Origin: Clostridia bacterium
Lineage (GTDB): Bacteria; Bacillota; Clostridia; TANB77; CAG-465
Length of the DNA: 61,295 nt
Direction of reading: 5' to 3'
NCBI GenBank assembly: GCA_045651205.1
Contig: JAZRSA010000045.1
Span: 1-61,295, forward strand
The notes beneath the pieces were generated by a model. It did not search any database and was not told the origin of the DNA. It saw only the letters and a program-made list of their open reading frames with translations. This document shows positions 9,939 through 20,192 of the stretch, piece after piece; position 1 is the stretch's first letter, and every line of letters starts with the position of its first letter. Both the position numbers and the translations under genes were made by a program.

Positions 9939-11564
9939 ATGGAAGAAAAAGAAAAAAAGAATGATAAAGAAATAGTAAAAAATTTATTCCCAATATTTTT
10001 TAAAAGCAAAGAAAAAATTGGCATGTTGTCTATATGTGTATATAGAATTAACAATAAGTATGCTAAAAGAAAAGCAAATACATATGTAAACATTAACGAC
10101 AAAAAAAACAAAGTAAAGATGTTATTTAAAAAAGGAATAAAGCTATTAAAAAGGGGAAAATACACATATTTCTTTAATATATACAAAGTAAAGTTTGATA
10201 TGGAATTTCTAAAAACTTGTCCAATGCAAAACTTGATTAAAATAACATTTGAATATGATGATGCTGAAAAAATAGAGACATCTGTAAAGTATAATATAAT
10301 ATATCGTAAAAAGAATAAAGGTCACACCAGCAAGCTATATAATATAAAAGATAGCGGTGATTTAGTTTGTTACTTTAGACAAGGTAGAGGTAACTCAATG
10401 TCTATAACAGTAAGAACTAGAAATATAACAGATGATGCTAAAAAGAGAGTAAGTATATATTTTGCATGGCTTTTAGCAAAACTAATGCCAAAAAGCAAAA
10501 AAGTATTATTATTCGAAAAAGAAGTATATAAATACGAAGAAAGTGCAGCAATGCTTTATGAGAAACTTATAGATATGGGATATAACAATGCATATTTTAT
10601 AATAAATAAAGCTAGTAAGCATGTTCAGTTTATAAAAGACAAGTATAAAAAGAATATAATATGGGCGCATACTTTTAAACATTATTTAGAATTCTTTAGA
10701 TGTAAAAAGTTTATTGGTTCAGAATCAATGGTGCATGTAGTAGAACCTAGAACAGCTAATAAATATATAACAACAAAAATACAAGGAAAGAAATTTAAAT
10801 ATGTATTTTTGCAACATGGTGTAATGTATATGGTAGCTTTAGATTCTAAAATGAGAAGCTTTTTTAGAAAGGGTGCAGAAATGCCTAGTGATGCTAAAAT
10901 AGTAGTATCATCAAAATTAGAAGCTGATCATTTTGTTGAACGTGCAGGATTCGATTACGATGACTTATACATCACGGGCTTGCCATTTTATGATAGAACT
11001 ATAAAAAAAGAAACAGCAGACAAAATAACAATAATGCCTACATGGAGATCTTGGGATTATAGTACATTAGCTTCAGACTGTGAACAGTCTTCATACTATA
11101 ATATGGTGTTAAACATATATAATAACATTCCAGAGACTTTAAAAGATAGAGTTATAATATTACCACATCCTTTGGTAATGAATATATTTAAAAAGACACC
11201 ATTAGGTAAATATATACCGGAAGTAATAAGTTATGATTTAATATTAGAAGACACAGCACTTTTAATTACAGACTATTCAAGTATTGCATATTCTGCTTTT
11301 TATAGAGGAGCAAACGTAGTATTTGTATGGAAAGAGTTAGAAGAATGTATGGAACATTACGGTGGAAGCTTGATGTTAAATGAAGCGAATGTATTCGGCG
11401 ATATAGTATATGAATATGAAAAATTAGGTAAAATAGTAGAAAACAATTATCTAAAATCACAACAAGAAAAATATATACAAGCCTATGATAAAATTGTAGA
11501 GTTTAGAGATCGCAAAAATACAGAAAGATTAATTGAATTATTAAAGAGAGATAAAATAATATAG
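9939..11564 (+). CDS. CDP-glycerol glycerophosphotransferase family protein
   Basis: FLQHGV, TGLP, MPTWR and LITDYSS motifs. Confidence 0.85.
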   Translation: MEEKEKKNDKEIVKNLFPIFFKSKEKIGMLSICVYRINNKYAKRKANTYVNINDKKNKVKMLFKKGIKLLKRGKYTYFFNIYKVKFDMEFLKTCPMQNLIKITFEYDDAEKIETSVKYNIIYRKKNKGHTSKLYNIKDSGDLVCYFRQGRGNSMSITVRTRNITDDAKKRVSIYFAWLLAKLMPKSKKVLLFEKEVYKYEESAAMLYEKLIDMGYNNAYFIINKASKHVQFIKDKYKKNIIWAHTFKHYLEFFRCKKFIGSESMVHVVEPRTANKYITTKIQGKKFKYVFLQHGVMYMVALDSKMRSFFRKGAEMPSDAKIVVSSKLEADHFVERAGFDYDDLYITGLPFYDRTIKKETADKITIMPTWRSWDYSTLASDCEQSSYYNMVLNIYNNIPETLKDRVIILPHPLVMNIFKKTPLGKYIPEVISYDLILEDTALLITDYSSIAYSAFYRGANVVFVWKELEECMEHYGGSLMLNEANVFGDIVYEYEKLGKIVENNYLKSQQEKYIQAYDKIVEFRDRKNTERLIELLKRDKII

Positions 11565-11578
11565 AAAGGAGTAATAAT

Positions 11579-11992
11579 ATGAGAAAAATATTAACATATG
11601 GAACATATGATGTTCTTCACAGAGGACACATAAATCTATTAAGAAGAGCTAAAGAAAGAGGAGATTATTTAATAGTTGGTATTTCTACAGATGAATTTAA
11701 TGCTATAAAAGGTAAAAAATCATATTATGATTATGAAACAAGAAAAGAAATGCTAGAAGCAATTAAATATGTTGACGAAGTTATACCAGAATGTGAATGG
11801 GATCAAAAACCAGGAGATATTGCAAAATATGGAGCTGATGAAGTAGTTATGGGAAGCGATTGGGAAGGAAATGAAAAATTCGAAGCTCTAAGAGAATACT
11901 GTGACGTATACTATCTTCCAAGAACTGAAGGAATAAGCTCAACACAAATTAAATCTGAGTTACATTTAATGGACGATAAGGCTGGTGTTTAA
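11579..11992 (+). CDS. tagD: glycerol-3-phosphate cytidylyltransferase
   Basis: TYGTYDVLHRGH and RTEGISST motifs. Confidence 0.95.
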   Translation: MRKILTYGTYDVLHRGHINLLRRAKERGDYLIVGISTDEFNAIKGKKSYYDYETRKEMLEAIKYVDEVIPECEWDQKPGDIAKYGADEVVMGSDWEGNEKFEALREYCDVYYLPRTEGISSTQIKSELHLMDDKAGV

Positions 11993-13094
11993 TATAAAGA
12001 AGCTAGTTATTAAAATAGCAATATTTGTATTAAACATAATGTATCTACCATTTAAATGTCTAAAAACAAAACATAAGCTTACATATATAAGTAGACAATC
12101 GGATACACCATCTATAGATTTTGATTTGTTATATAACAAAATGAGAGAAATAGATAGTGATTTAATACAAGTAATGCTTACTAAAAAAATAGGAAAAGGT
12201 ATAATAGGAAAGTTTAAGTATGGTTTACATACTTTTGTGCAAATGTATCATATAGCAACTTCAAAAGTTGTTGTAATAGATACATATATAATACCTGTGA
12301 GTGTACTAAAACATAAAAAGAACCTTAAAGTTGTTCAAATATGGCATGCATTAGGTGCTATCAAACAATTTGGATATCAAGTAATTGGTAAAAAAGAAGG
12401 TAGCTCTGGTGATGTTGCATATACAATGAAAATGCATAATAACTATGATGCGGTAACAACATCTAGTAGCATTACTGCAAAGTTCTTTTCAGAAGCATTC
12501 AATGTAGATATTAATAAAGTTAAAGTTGTTGGAATGCCTAGAGTAGACGATATCCTAGGAGATAATAGAGATACTGAAGTGTTAGATAAAAATCCAGAAT
12601 ACAACGGTAAAAAAACAATTTTATACATACCTACATTTAGAAAAAATGATACTGTGTATACAGATGACATTATAAAATTAGTAGATACAAATAAATATAA
12701 TTTAGTAATAAAATTACATCCATTAGATAATACTAAAGTAGATGAAAAATACTTAGTAAAAGGAAACTTTTCAACATATGATATGATGAAATTTGCAGAC
12801 TATATAATAACAGATTATTCTGCAACAGCAATAGAAGCAAGTGTACTTAACAAACCATTATTCTTGTATGTATATGATTTAGACAACTATAATGAGATTA
12901 GAGGACTAAATGTAAATCTTACAGAAGAGTTAAAAACAAGTACATTTAAAGAGTTTAAGGACATATTAAATATTATTGAAAATGGTAATTATGACTTTAA
13001 ATCTTTAGAAGCTTTTAGAGATAAATATGTTGAAACACACAATATAAACAACACAGAAAGTGTTTGCAAGTTAATAACAGAATATTTGAAATAA
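11985..13094 (+). CDS. CDP-glycerol glycerophosphotransferase (TagB-like)
   Basis: QIWHALGAIKQFG, GMPRVD, LYIPTFR and TDYS motifs. Confidence 0.85.
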   Translation: MFNIKKLVIKIAIFVLNIMYLPFKCLKTKHKLTYISRQSDTPSIDFDLLYNKMREIDSDLIQVMLTKKIGKGIIGKFKYGLHTFVQMYHIATSKVVVIDTYIIPVSVLKHKKNLKVVQIWHALGAIKQFGYQVIGKKEGSSGDVAYTMKMHNNYDAVTTSSSITAKFFSEAFNVDINKVKVVGMPRVDDILGDNRDTEVLDKNPEYNGKKTILYIPTFRKNDTVYTDDIIKLVDTNKYNLVIKLHPLDNTKVDEKYLVKGNFSTYDMMKFADYIITDYSATAIEASVLNKPLFLYVYDLDNYNEIRGLNVNLTEELKTSTFKEFKDILNIIENGNYDFKSLEAFRDKYVETHNINNTESVCKLITEYLK

Positions 13095-13095
13095 A

Positions 13096-13176
13096 TAGTT
13101 GAGGTAGAGAGTTTGTGACGCTACGCACCTAGTAATAGGTCAAAAGAAATGTGGGGACAGTCACACCCACCAACTA
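13096..13176 (+). ncRNA. candidate structured RNA (multibranch with loop-loop complementarity)
   Basis: Closing stem tagttg/caacta; hairpins gtag/ctac, accta-GTAA-taggt and gtggg/cccac; loops tgtgac and gtcaca are complementary. Confidence 0.5.
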
Positions 13177-13204
13177 AAATAGACACCGCAAGGTGTCTAT
13201 TTTT
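13176..13204. terminator. bidirectional intrinsic terminator
   Basis: aaaatagacacc-GCAA-ggtgtctatttt. Confidence 0.85.
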
Positions 13205-13210
13205 ATGCAT

Positions 13211-13339
13211 AAAAAAAGAGATGGTTTTCAATGAAAGGGTCCAATTCCCAGACATTGCCAACTCTTATAGAAGAAAAATCTTTTGTTACGGCTCAAAGAC
13301 CACTTACCCAAAAGGGTAATAGTGAAGATTTAACTTCAG
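13211..13339 (-). ncRNA. candidate sRNA A (about 130 nt)
   Basis: Minus-strand promoter TCGACA-17-TATAAT with TG extension (13373-13345), four hairpins, ends in U7, no ORF in the track. Confidence 0.55.
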
Positions 13340-13499
13340 TGCATATTATATCATGTATTCGAATAATTGTCGATATTTGTAAAAATAATAAATGTTAAAA
13401 TTTTTTGTCGAATTACGCGGTCGATTTTTCTTGCAAAAGTATAAGTCCGGTGGTAATATATTGCTATTATTTTAATCTAAAGTTTTTATTCTGAAAGGT

Positions 13500-14033
13500 T
13501 TGAATCAAGTGAGAAAAAACAATTTTAATATTTTTTATGATGAACAATATGGTAAGTGTATAGAAATATGTGGGGAAAAAGATATATTTAAAGGAACTAA
13601 TAATATAAGAGATTTGAAAGAAAAAGCATATATATGGTTATTAAATGGAAATGAAAAATTTGAAACTATAACTGATAGGCTGGATAATAAAGAAATTAAA
13701 TTTACTAGAATTTCGGCTAAAGAATATGTTTATTGAAGGAACTCTCAAAAATTAAAATCAGAATTTTATACGCAAAAAATGAGAATGGCTCCAAGCATAG
13801 ATGATTTAATCAATAATGCAACTATTACATATTATTCGCCATTAACTCATAAAAACAATTTGTTTAAATTTGGTTACAATAATTATCAAGGAAAATTAAT
13901 AATAGATAATAATATATTTTCATATATAGTAAGAATAGGTAAAGCTATGAATGATAATATATTTTATGACATAAGCTTAGAATTTATAGGACAAAAAAAT
14001 AGAACCGATAGCAAAGTACTTGAAACCAGTTAA
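13500..14033 (+). pseudogene. phage polyvalent-protein/nuclease-like gene with one in-frame TGA
   Basis: ORFs 13500-13736 and 13779-14033 are in the same frame, separated only by TGA at 13734-13736. Read-through gives EYVY*RNSQKL...KMRMAPSIDDLINNA...FYDI. The family call is from recollection only. Confidence 0.5.
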
Positions 14034-14124
14034 GGTTCTTCACTCAAATCAAGTTCTATTAGAAGAAGTTATTACCTTAAATGAAGAAATCCAATATTTC
14101 AACATTAGTAATAAAGCTTCGTAT
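13993..14124 (-). ncRNA. candidate antisense sRNA B (about 130 nt)
   Basis: Minus-strand TTGACA-17-TATACT with TG extension (14159-14131), two long hairpins and a U7 end; overlaps the last 40 nt or so of the upstream ORF. Confidence 0.55.
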
Positions 14125-14257
14125 GATAAAAGTATAACATCCTAAAATACACTTGTCAATATATCTAAAGGGACTATGCTAATATATACTTAATAATTTT
14201 CACATTGACTTTACACAAACAATTGTATATAATATGGTGAGCGTAGGAGGATGGTTT

Positions 14258-15487
14258 ATGTATAGTAATTTAGAAAAAATGGATAAAGAGATATTTGATA
14301 TAATAAAAAAAGAAGAAAAAAGACAAAGTGAAAATATTGAGCTAATTGCATCAGAAAACTTTGTTAGCCCAGCTGTTTTAGAAGCTGTAGGAAGTATTTT
14401 AACAAATAAATATGCAGAGGGCTATCCTAATCAAAGATATTATGGTGGATGCCATAATATAGACGAAATAGAAGCTTTAGCAATATCTAGAGCTAAAGAA
14501 TTATTTGGCGCAGAACATGTAAATGTACAACCACATAGTGGATCACAAGCAAACATGGCAGTATATATGTCAGTATTAGAAGTGGGAGATACAGTTCTTG
14601 GAATGGACCTATCTAATGGTGGACATTTAACGCATGGAAGTAAAGTAAACTTCTCAGGAAAGTTATATAACTTTGTAGCATATGGTATAAATGAAAATGG
14701 ATATATAGATTATGATGATGTTTTAGCTAAAGCATTAGAATTTAAACCAAAGATGATAGTTGCAGGAGCAAGCGCTTATCCAAGAAGTATAGATTTTGCT
14801 AAATTTAGAGAAATAGCAGATAAAGTAGGAGCATATCTTATGGTAGATATGGCACATATTGCAGGTCTTGTAGCAGCAGGTGAACATATGTCTCCAGTAC
14901 CTTATGCAGACTTTGTAACAACTACAACACATAAAACTTTAAGAGGACCTCGTGCAGGATTAATACTTTGCAAAAAAGAATATGCAAAGAAATTAGATAA
15001 AACAATATTCCCAGGAATACAAGGTGGACCATTAGAACACGTTATTGCTGGTAAAGCAGTGTGCTTTGGAGAAGCATTAAAACCTGAGTTTAAGGAATAT
15101 GCACATAATATAGTACTTAATGCAAAAGCATTAGCAGATGCATTAATGGAATATGGATTTAACTTAGTATCTAATGGAACAGACAATCATTTGATGCTTA
15201 TAGATTTAAGAAATAAAGGAATAACTGGTAAAGAAGCTACAGAATGGCTAGATAACGTTGGAATAACAGTAAATAAAAATTCTGTACCAAACGATCCAGA
15301 AAAACCAACTGTAACAAGCGGTATACGTGTAGGAACAGCTGCTGTTACAACTAAGGGATTAAAAGAAGAAGATATGAAAATTTTAGCAGAAGCTATGGAT
15401 TTAACTTTAAGAAAAGATAATACCGAAGAAAATATAGCTCATGCAAAAGAATTAGTAGCGGTATTACGTGGGAGGTATACAGCTTAA
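14258..15487 (+). CDS. glyA: serine hydroxymethyltransferase
   Basis: [19 protein letters not shown] and [11 protein letters not shown] motifs; RBS aggagg. Confidence 0.98.
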   Translation: MYSNLEKMDKEIFDIIKKEEKRQSENIELIASENFVSPAVLEAVGSILTNKYAEGYPNQRYYGGCHNIDEIEALAISRAKELFGAEHVNVQPHSGSQANMAVYMSVLEVGDTVLGMDLSNGGHLTHGSKVNFSGKLYNFVAYGINENGYIDYDDVLAKALEFKPKMIVAGASAYPRSIDFAKFREIADKVGAYLMVDMAHIAGLVAAGEHMSPVPYADFVTTTTHKTLRGPRAGLILCKKEYAKKLDKTIFPGIQGGPLEHVIAGKAVCFGEALKPEFKEYAHNIVLNAKALADALMEYGFNLVSNGTDNHLMLIDLRNKGITGKEATEWLDNVGITVNKNSVPNDPEKPTVTSGIRVGTAAVTTKGLKEEDMKILAEAMDLTLRKDNTEENIAHAKELVAVLRGRYTA

Positions 15488-17556
15488 TGGCTAACAAATT
15501 AGTAATAGTGGAATCACCATCTAAAGCAAAAACAATTAAAAAATACCTAGGAAGCGATTATGATGTAATCGCTTCTCAAGGCCATATAATAGACTTACCT
15601 GCAAGTAGAATGGGTGTAGACACAGAAAATGGCTTTAAACCTGAATATATTAAAATGAAGGGTAAAGCTAAATTAATAAAAGATATAAAAGACCTTGCAA
15701 AAGGAAAAGATAAAATATTAATTGCAACCGACCCTGACCGTGAGGGAGAAGCAATAGCATGGCATTTAAGAAATGAACTTAAAATTAAAGAAGCGGAAAA
15801 GTGTAGAATAGAGTTCCATGAGATAACAGAAGGTGCAGTAACAACTGCTGTTAAAAGCCCAAGAACTATAGATATGAACACTGTAGATGCTCAACAAGCA
15901 AGAAGAATATTAGATAGATTAGTTGGTTACAAAATTAGTCCGTTATTATGGAAGAAAGTAAAAAGAGGATTAAGCGCAGGTCGTGTTCAATCTGTTACTC
16001 TTAGAATAATAATGGATAGAGAACAAGAGATTAGAGATTTTGTGCCTGAAGAATATTGGCTACTTGATGTTATACTTGAAAAATCGGGAGAACCAAAACT
16101 TGTTTATGCTAAGTTCTATGGCGACGTAAACGGCAAAATAGAGCTTAAAGAAGAAAAACAAGTAAGTAATATAGTAAATGCTATAAAAGGTGGTAAATAT
16201 ACTGTTACGGACGTTAAAGTAACAGAAAAAAGAAAGAGCCCACCGCCACCATTTACAACATCATCACTTCAAATGGATGCTTCAAGAAGATTAGGCTTCC
16301 CAGTTAAGAAGACAATGATGGTTGCACAAAAATTATATGAAGCTGGATTTATTACATATATGAGAACAGACTCTACAAGAGTTTCAGATGATGCAATAAA
16401 AATGGCAAAAGCATATATTTGTAAAACATATGGTGCTGAGTACTATCTAAATAGAAATTATAAGACTAAAGAGGGTGCACAAGATGCCCACGAAGCTATA
16501 CGTCCAACGCATTTAGGAAGTCTATCCGTTGTAGAAACTGAACTTGGACGTGATGAAGCAAGATTATATGCATTAATATTTAATAGATTTGTTGCAAGTA
16601 GAATGGAAGCTTGTGTATATGACTTTACTAAAGTAACACTTAACGTAAATGATTATATATTCCATGCAACAGGTTCTGTAATTAAATTTGATGGATTTAT
16701 GGCACTATATAAAGAAGCTAAAGAAGATAATAAAAAGGTTGAAGAAGGAGATTTAGACGAAGAGTCTAAAGAACTTCCAAAATTAGAAATAGGCGATGTG
16801 CTTGATGAAAATAAACTTAACTTTGCACAAAAGTTTACTGAGCCACCTTCGAGATATAGTGAAGCAACACTAGTTAAAGTAATAGAAGAAAAAGGTATAG
16901 GGAGACCAAGTACATATGCGCCAACAATTTCTACGTTAATAGATAGATTCTATGTAGAAAAAGATGGTAAGATGTTAGTACCAACTGAACTTGGAGAAGT
17001 AGTAAACAAGATAATGGTTGAACACTTTGAAGATATAGTAGATATTACATTTACAGCAGATATGGAATCCAAGCTAGACGGAGTTGCAGAAGGTACAACA
17101 GACTATGTAGATATGCTTACAAAATTCTATACGCCATTTATTAAGAATTTAGAAAAAGTAGAAGGTTCAATAGAACACGTAAAATTAGCAGATAAAGAAA
17201 CAGATGTAGTATGTGAACTATGTGGAAGAAATATGGTTATTAAACGTGGTAAGTTCGGTGAGTTCTTAGCATGTCCAGGATATCCAGAATGTAAGAATGC
17301 AAAACCAATAGTAAATAGTATCAAAGAACCTTGCCCACATTGTGGAGGAAAAGTTTTAGTTCGTAAGAGTAAAGCGAAGAAAACATTCTATGTGTGCGAA
17401 AATAATACAAATGATGAAAATAAAAAATGTGATTATATCTCTTGGAATAAACCTGGAGCTCCTGAGAAAAAGTTTGTAAGAAAGAGCACAAAGAAAACAG
17501 CAGCTAAAAAGACTACTACTAAGAAAACTACTACTAAAAAAGCTAGTAAAAAATAA
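15487..17556 (+). CDS. topA: DNA topoisomerase I
   Basis: IVESPSK, ATDPDREGE, ITYMRTDS, zinc ribbons and a Lys-rich tail. Confidence 0.98.
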   Translation: MANKLVIVESPSKAKTIKKYLGSDYDVIASQGHIIDLPASRMGVDTENGFKPEYIKMKGKAKLIKDIKDLAKGKDKILIATDPDREGEAIAWHLRNELKIKEAEKCRIEFHEITEGAVTTAVKSPRTIDMNTVDAQQARRILDRLVGYKISPLLWKKVKRGLSAGRVQSVTLRIIMDREQEIRDFVPEEYWLLDVILEKSGEPKLVYAKFYGDVNGKIELKEEKQVSNIVNAIKGGKYTVTDVKVTEKRKSPPPPFTTSSLQMDASRRLGFPVKKTMMVAQKLYEAGFITYMRTDSTRVSDDAIKMAKAYICKTYGAEYYLNRNYKTKEGAQDAHEAIRPTHLGSLSVVETELGRDEARLYALIFNRFVASRMEACVYDFTKVTLNVNDYIFHATGSVIKFDGFMALYKEAKEDNKKVEEGDLDEESKELPKLEIGDVLDENKLNFAQKFTEPPSRYSEATLVKVIEEKGIGRPSTYAPTISTLIDRFYVEKDGKMLVPTELGEVVNKIMVEHFEDIVDITFTADMESKLDGVAEGTTDYVDMLTKFYTPFIKNLEKVEGSIEHVKLADKETDVVCELCGRNMVIKRGKFGEFLACPGYPECKNAKPIVNSIKEPCPHCGGKVLVRKSKAKKTFYVCENNTNDENKKCDYISWNKPGAPEKKFVRKSTKKTAAKKTTTKKTTTKKASKK

Positions 17557-17568
17557 TTAGGAGAATTT

Positions 17569-18435
17569 ATGACAAATAATAAAAGTAATGAAGTAAAAAG
17601 AGTAGGGGCTATAGGAGTTATAGCCAACCTCTTTTTACTTAGTATAAAATTTATAGCGGGATTTATATTTAAATCTCAAGGATTAATAGCGGATGCAATA
17701 AATAGTTTTGGAGATGTGTTTTCATCTTTAGTAACTTTTGTGGGTGGAAAAGTATCTGCTAAACCTGCAGATGAAGATCATGAATTTGGTCATGGCAAAG
17801 CAGAGTTTGTAGCTTCGTTATTAATTGGAATATTTATGGTTTTTGTAAGTTTTAAAACAATAAATAGTGGATTTAACTCAATAATAAATAAAGAAAGTTT
17901 AACATTTTCGTTATTGTTAATTGTTGTACCACTAATTACAATTTTAGTTAAAACAATTCTTTTGATATATTGTAAAAAACTTGCTAAAACAAACAATTCA
18001 TTATTATTAGAAGCAAATGCAAAAGATCATAGAAACGATATATTATTATCTACAGGTGTATTAATAGGTATAGTTTCAAGTATATATGGATATGCATTTG
18101 TAGATGGATTAGTAGGTATAGCTATTTCTGGGGTTATTGTAATAACAGGAATAGGAATAATTAAAGAGTCTTATGATGTGCTAATAGATAAATGCATTGA
18201 TGCAGATATAGTAGATGAAATGAGAAAAGGAATAGAAGAGATAAGTGGTGTTAACCATATAGATAGTATCAAATCTAAACCTACAGGAAATCTTCATATG
18301 ATGATTATAAAAGTATCTGTAAATCCAGATATGACAGTTAGAGAAAGCCATAAAGTAGCTGGTATGATAAGGGAATTGGTGTGTAGAAACGATAATGTTT
18401 ATGATGCAGTAGTACATATAAATCCGGATGAATGA
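17569..18435 (+). CDS. cation diffusion facilitator transporter
   Basis: PADEDHEFGHGKAE, DHRND and VVHINP motifs. Confidence 0.92.
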   Translation: MTNNKSNEVKRVGAIGVIANLFLLSIKFIAGFIFKSQGLIADAINSFGDVFSSLVTFVGGKVSAKPADEDHEFGHGKAEFVASLLIGIFMVFVSFKTINSGFNSIINKESLTFSLLLIVVPLITILVKTILLIYCKKLAKTNNSLLLEANAKDHRNDILLSTGVLIGIVSSIYGYAFVDGLVGIAISGVIVITGIGIIKESYDVLIDKCIDADIVDEMRKGIEEISGVNHIDSIKSKPTGNLHMMIIKVSVNPDMTVRESHKVAGMIRELVCRNDNVYDAVVHINPDE

Positions 18436-18450
18436 GAATAAAGATATATG

Positions 18451-18481
18451 AAAGCAACACAAAGTATTGTGTTGCTTTTTG
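18451..18481 (+). terminator. intrinsic terminator
   Basis: aaagcaacacaa-agta-ttgtgttgcttttt. Confidence 0.8.
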
Positions 18482-18532
18482 TCGTTTTATGGTATAATGT
18501 GAGTATGTTAAATATATTAAAGAGGTAATAAT

Positions 18533-19108
18533 ATGAAAAAACCAAAGAAGAGCGGAGCAGCTCTTTTAATAGATATAATAATAGAAATATGCGTATTTCT
18601 TATGATAGCTTGTTTTGTAATGTATTATACGGGATATTTCAAAAATAGTGTAGTGTTATATACAGGTGTTACAGCATTTGTAATAGTATATCAACTAGGA
18701 TTAAGACTAGAATTTGGAGTTTTAACAAGTAAAATCAAAGATAAATTAAAGAGTAATAGTTTTCTTTTTAGAGAAAGAGGTTTTGAAAAAAGATTATATA
18801 AATTTTTAAAAGTAAAGAAGTGGAAGGGTAAAGCTTTAACGTATGATCCAGATGCTTTTAATATAAATAAACATAGTAAAGAAGATGTGTTAAAGATAAT
18901 GTTAAAGTCTGAGCTGGATCACTGGATAAATGAATTAATATCTTTATCTACATTGCTGTTCGCATTTATATGGGGAGCATTACCAGCGTTACTTGTAGCA
19001 TGTATACTTGCAATGTTATTTGATGTACAATTTATATTTATACAAAGATATAATAGACCAAGATTAGAAAGATTGATTGAAAAAGAAGAAATGAGGAAGA
19101 AGAAATAA
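18533..19108 (+). CDS. membrane protein, CrtO-like acyltransferase family
   Basis: E..LYK.LKVKKWK, ELDHW and IQRYNRPRL motifs. Confidence 0.55.
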   Translation: MKKPKKSGAALLIDIIIEICVFLMIACFVMYYTGYFKNSVVLYTGVTAFVIVYQLGLRLEFGVLTSKIKDKLKSNSFLFRERGFEKRLYKFLKVKKWKGKALTYDPDAFNINKHSKEDVLKIMLKSELDHWINELISLSTLLFAFIWGALPALLVACILAMLFDVQFIFIQRYNRPRLERLIEKEEMRKKK

Positions 19109-20136
19109 TGAAAAAAGGGGTTAAAACATTAATAATTATATTAGTAATAATAGGCATTTTTATATTATATGCCTGGTTAAGTCCTGTTGTAAAAAAATGG
19201 GCTAGAAATTATGAGAGAATAAATGATAGTAAAACATTAACTAGATATATAGAAAATCATGATCAAGAACATACATACGCAATGAATGGGTCGTTTGAAT
19301 TTTTAGACTTTGATTTAAAAGATATTGATAAAGAGGTTTTAGGTAACAATAAAGTTACATATTTTAATTATAAAAATGATAGATCAGAATGGACAATGAT
19401 ACTGGATAACAATAAAATATATGAAACAGTATTTGGAACTGATAGAATATATAGTAACAATAAGAAGTATATGGAAGTAGATTTGGGAATTAATATAAAA
19501 AGAATTAGCGTTAAAAATTTGGGGTACGACACGATATATTTTATAAGTGAAGACGATAAATGCTATGAACTAGACAGAATTAATATGACGCTAGAGGAGA
19601 TAAGATCAAATTATTTGTTTAATGTAGTATTAAAGGATAAATCAATTAAAAATATTGTTGCAAAGCTAGAAGACAATGAAAATGATAATGTATATACAGA
19701 ATATTTGGTTTTAAAAACTGACGGACAAGTATATAAACAATCTTATGGATTAATATTTAATTCAAAAACTAATGATAGTGAATATCCGCTTCTAAAAGAA
19801 GAAGTATATTTATCTAGTGAAGAATATGGTAAAATAACAGAAGTAGAATGGGGAAGTGATATTTGGAATTCGGCAAATTCTACAATTTCATATGGAGAAA
19901 ATACAGTTGTAAAAATTGTAAGTGAAAAAGGTCTATACTATTTAAAACAAACTAACTTAGAAGAATGTAAAAAATATGCAGATATAAAACCTACTTTTGA
20001 GATGGCTAAAAGTGAAATATACGAAAAATATAAAGAGGATATTCTTTCTATAAATTGTGATTACGTATTTACTAAAGATGGTAATGTTATTAAAACTGGA
20101 TATCTATGTAATCCTTTAGACAAGGATGTTAAATAA
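19108..20136 (+). CDS. hypothetical membrane-anchored/secreted protein
   Basis: 342 aa, N-terminal TM helix, coupled to the upstream gene (TAATG). Confidence 0.65.
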   Translation: MKKGVKTLIIILVIIGIFILYAWLSPVVKKWARNYERINDSKTLTRYIENHDQEHTYAMNGSFEFLDFDLKDIDKEVLGNNKVTYFNYKNDRSEWTMILDNNKIYETVFGTDRIYSNNKKYMEVDLGINIKRISVKNLGYDTIYFISEDDKCYELDRINMTLEEIRSNYLFNVVLKDKSIKNIVAKLEDNENDNVYTEYLVLKTDGQVYKQSYGLIFNSKTNDSEYPLLKEEVYLSSEEYGKITEVEWGSDIWNSANSTISYGENTVVKIVSEKGLYYLKQTNLEECKKYADIKPTFEMAKSEIYEKYKEDILSINCDYVFTKDGNVIKTGYLCNPLDKDVK

Positions 20137-20153
20137 CAAATTAAAATATAACA

Positions 20154-20192
20154 AAAATAAAGCCGTTAAGAAAAATCTTAACGGTTTTATTT
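20154..20192. terminator. bidirectional terminator
   Basis: aaataaagccgttaaga-aaaa-tcttaacggttttattt between convergent genes. Confidence 0.8.

Noticed and set aside
13734..13736. Alternative genetic code or selenocysteine
   Set aside because: TGA ends several ordinary genes here, and there is no redox motif or obvious SECIS.
14160..14257. Riboswitch upstream of glyA
   Set aside because: The promoter lies about 25 nt before the start codon, leaving no room for one.
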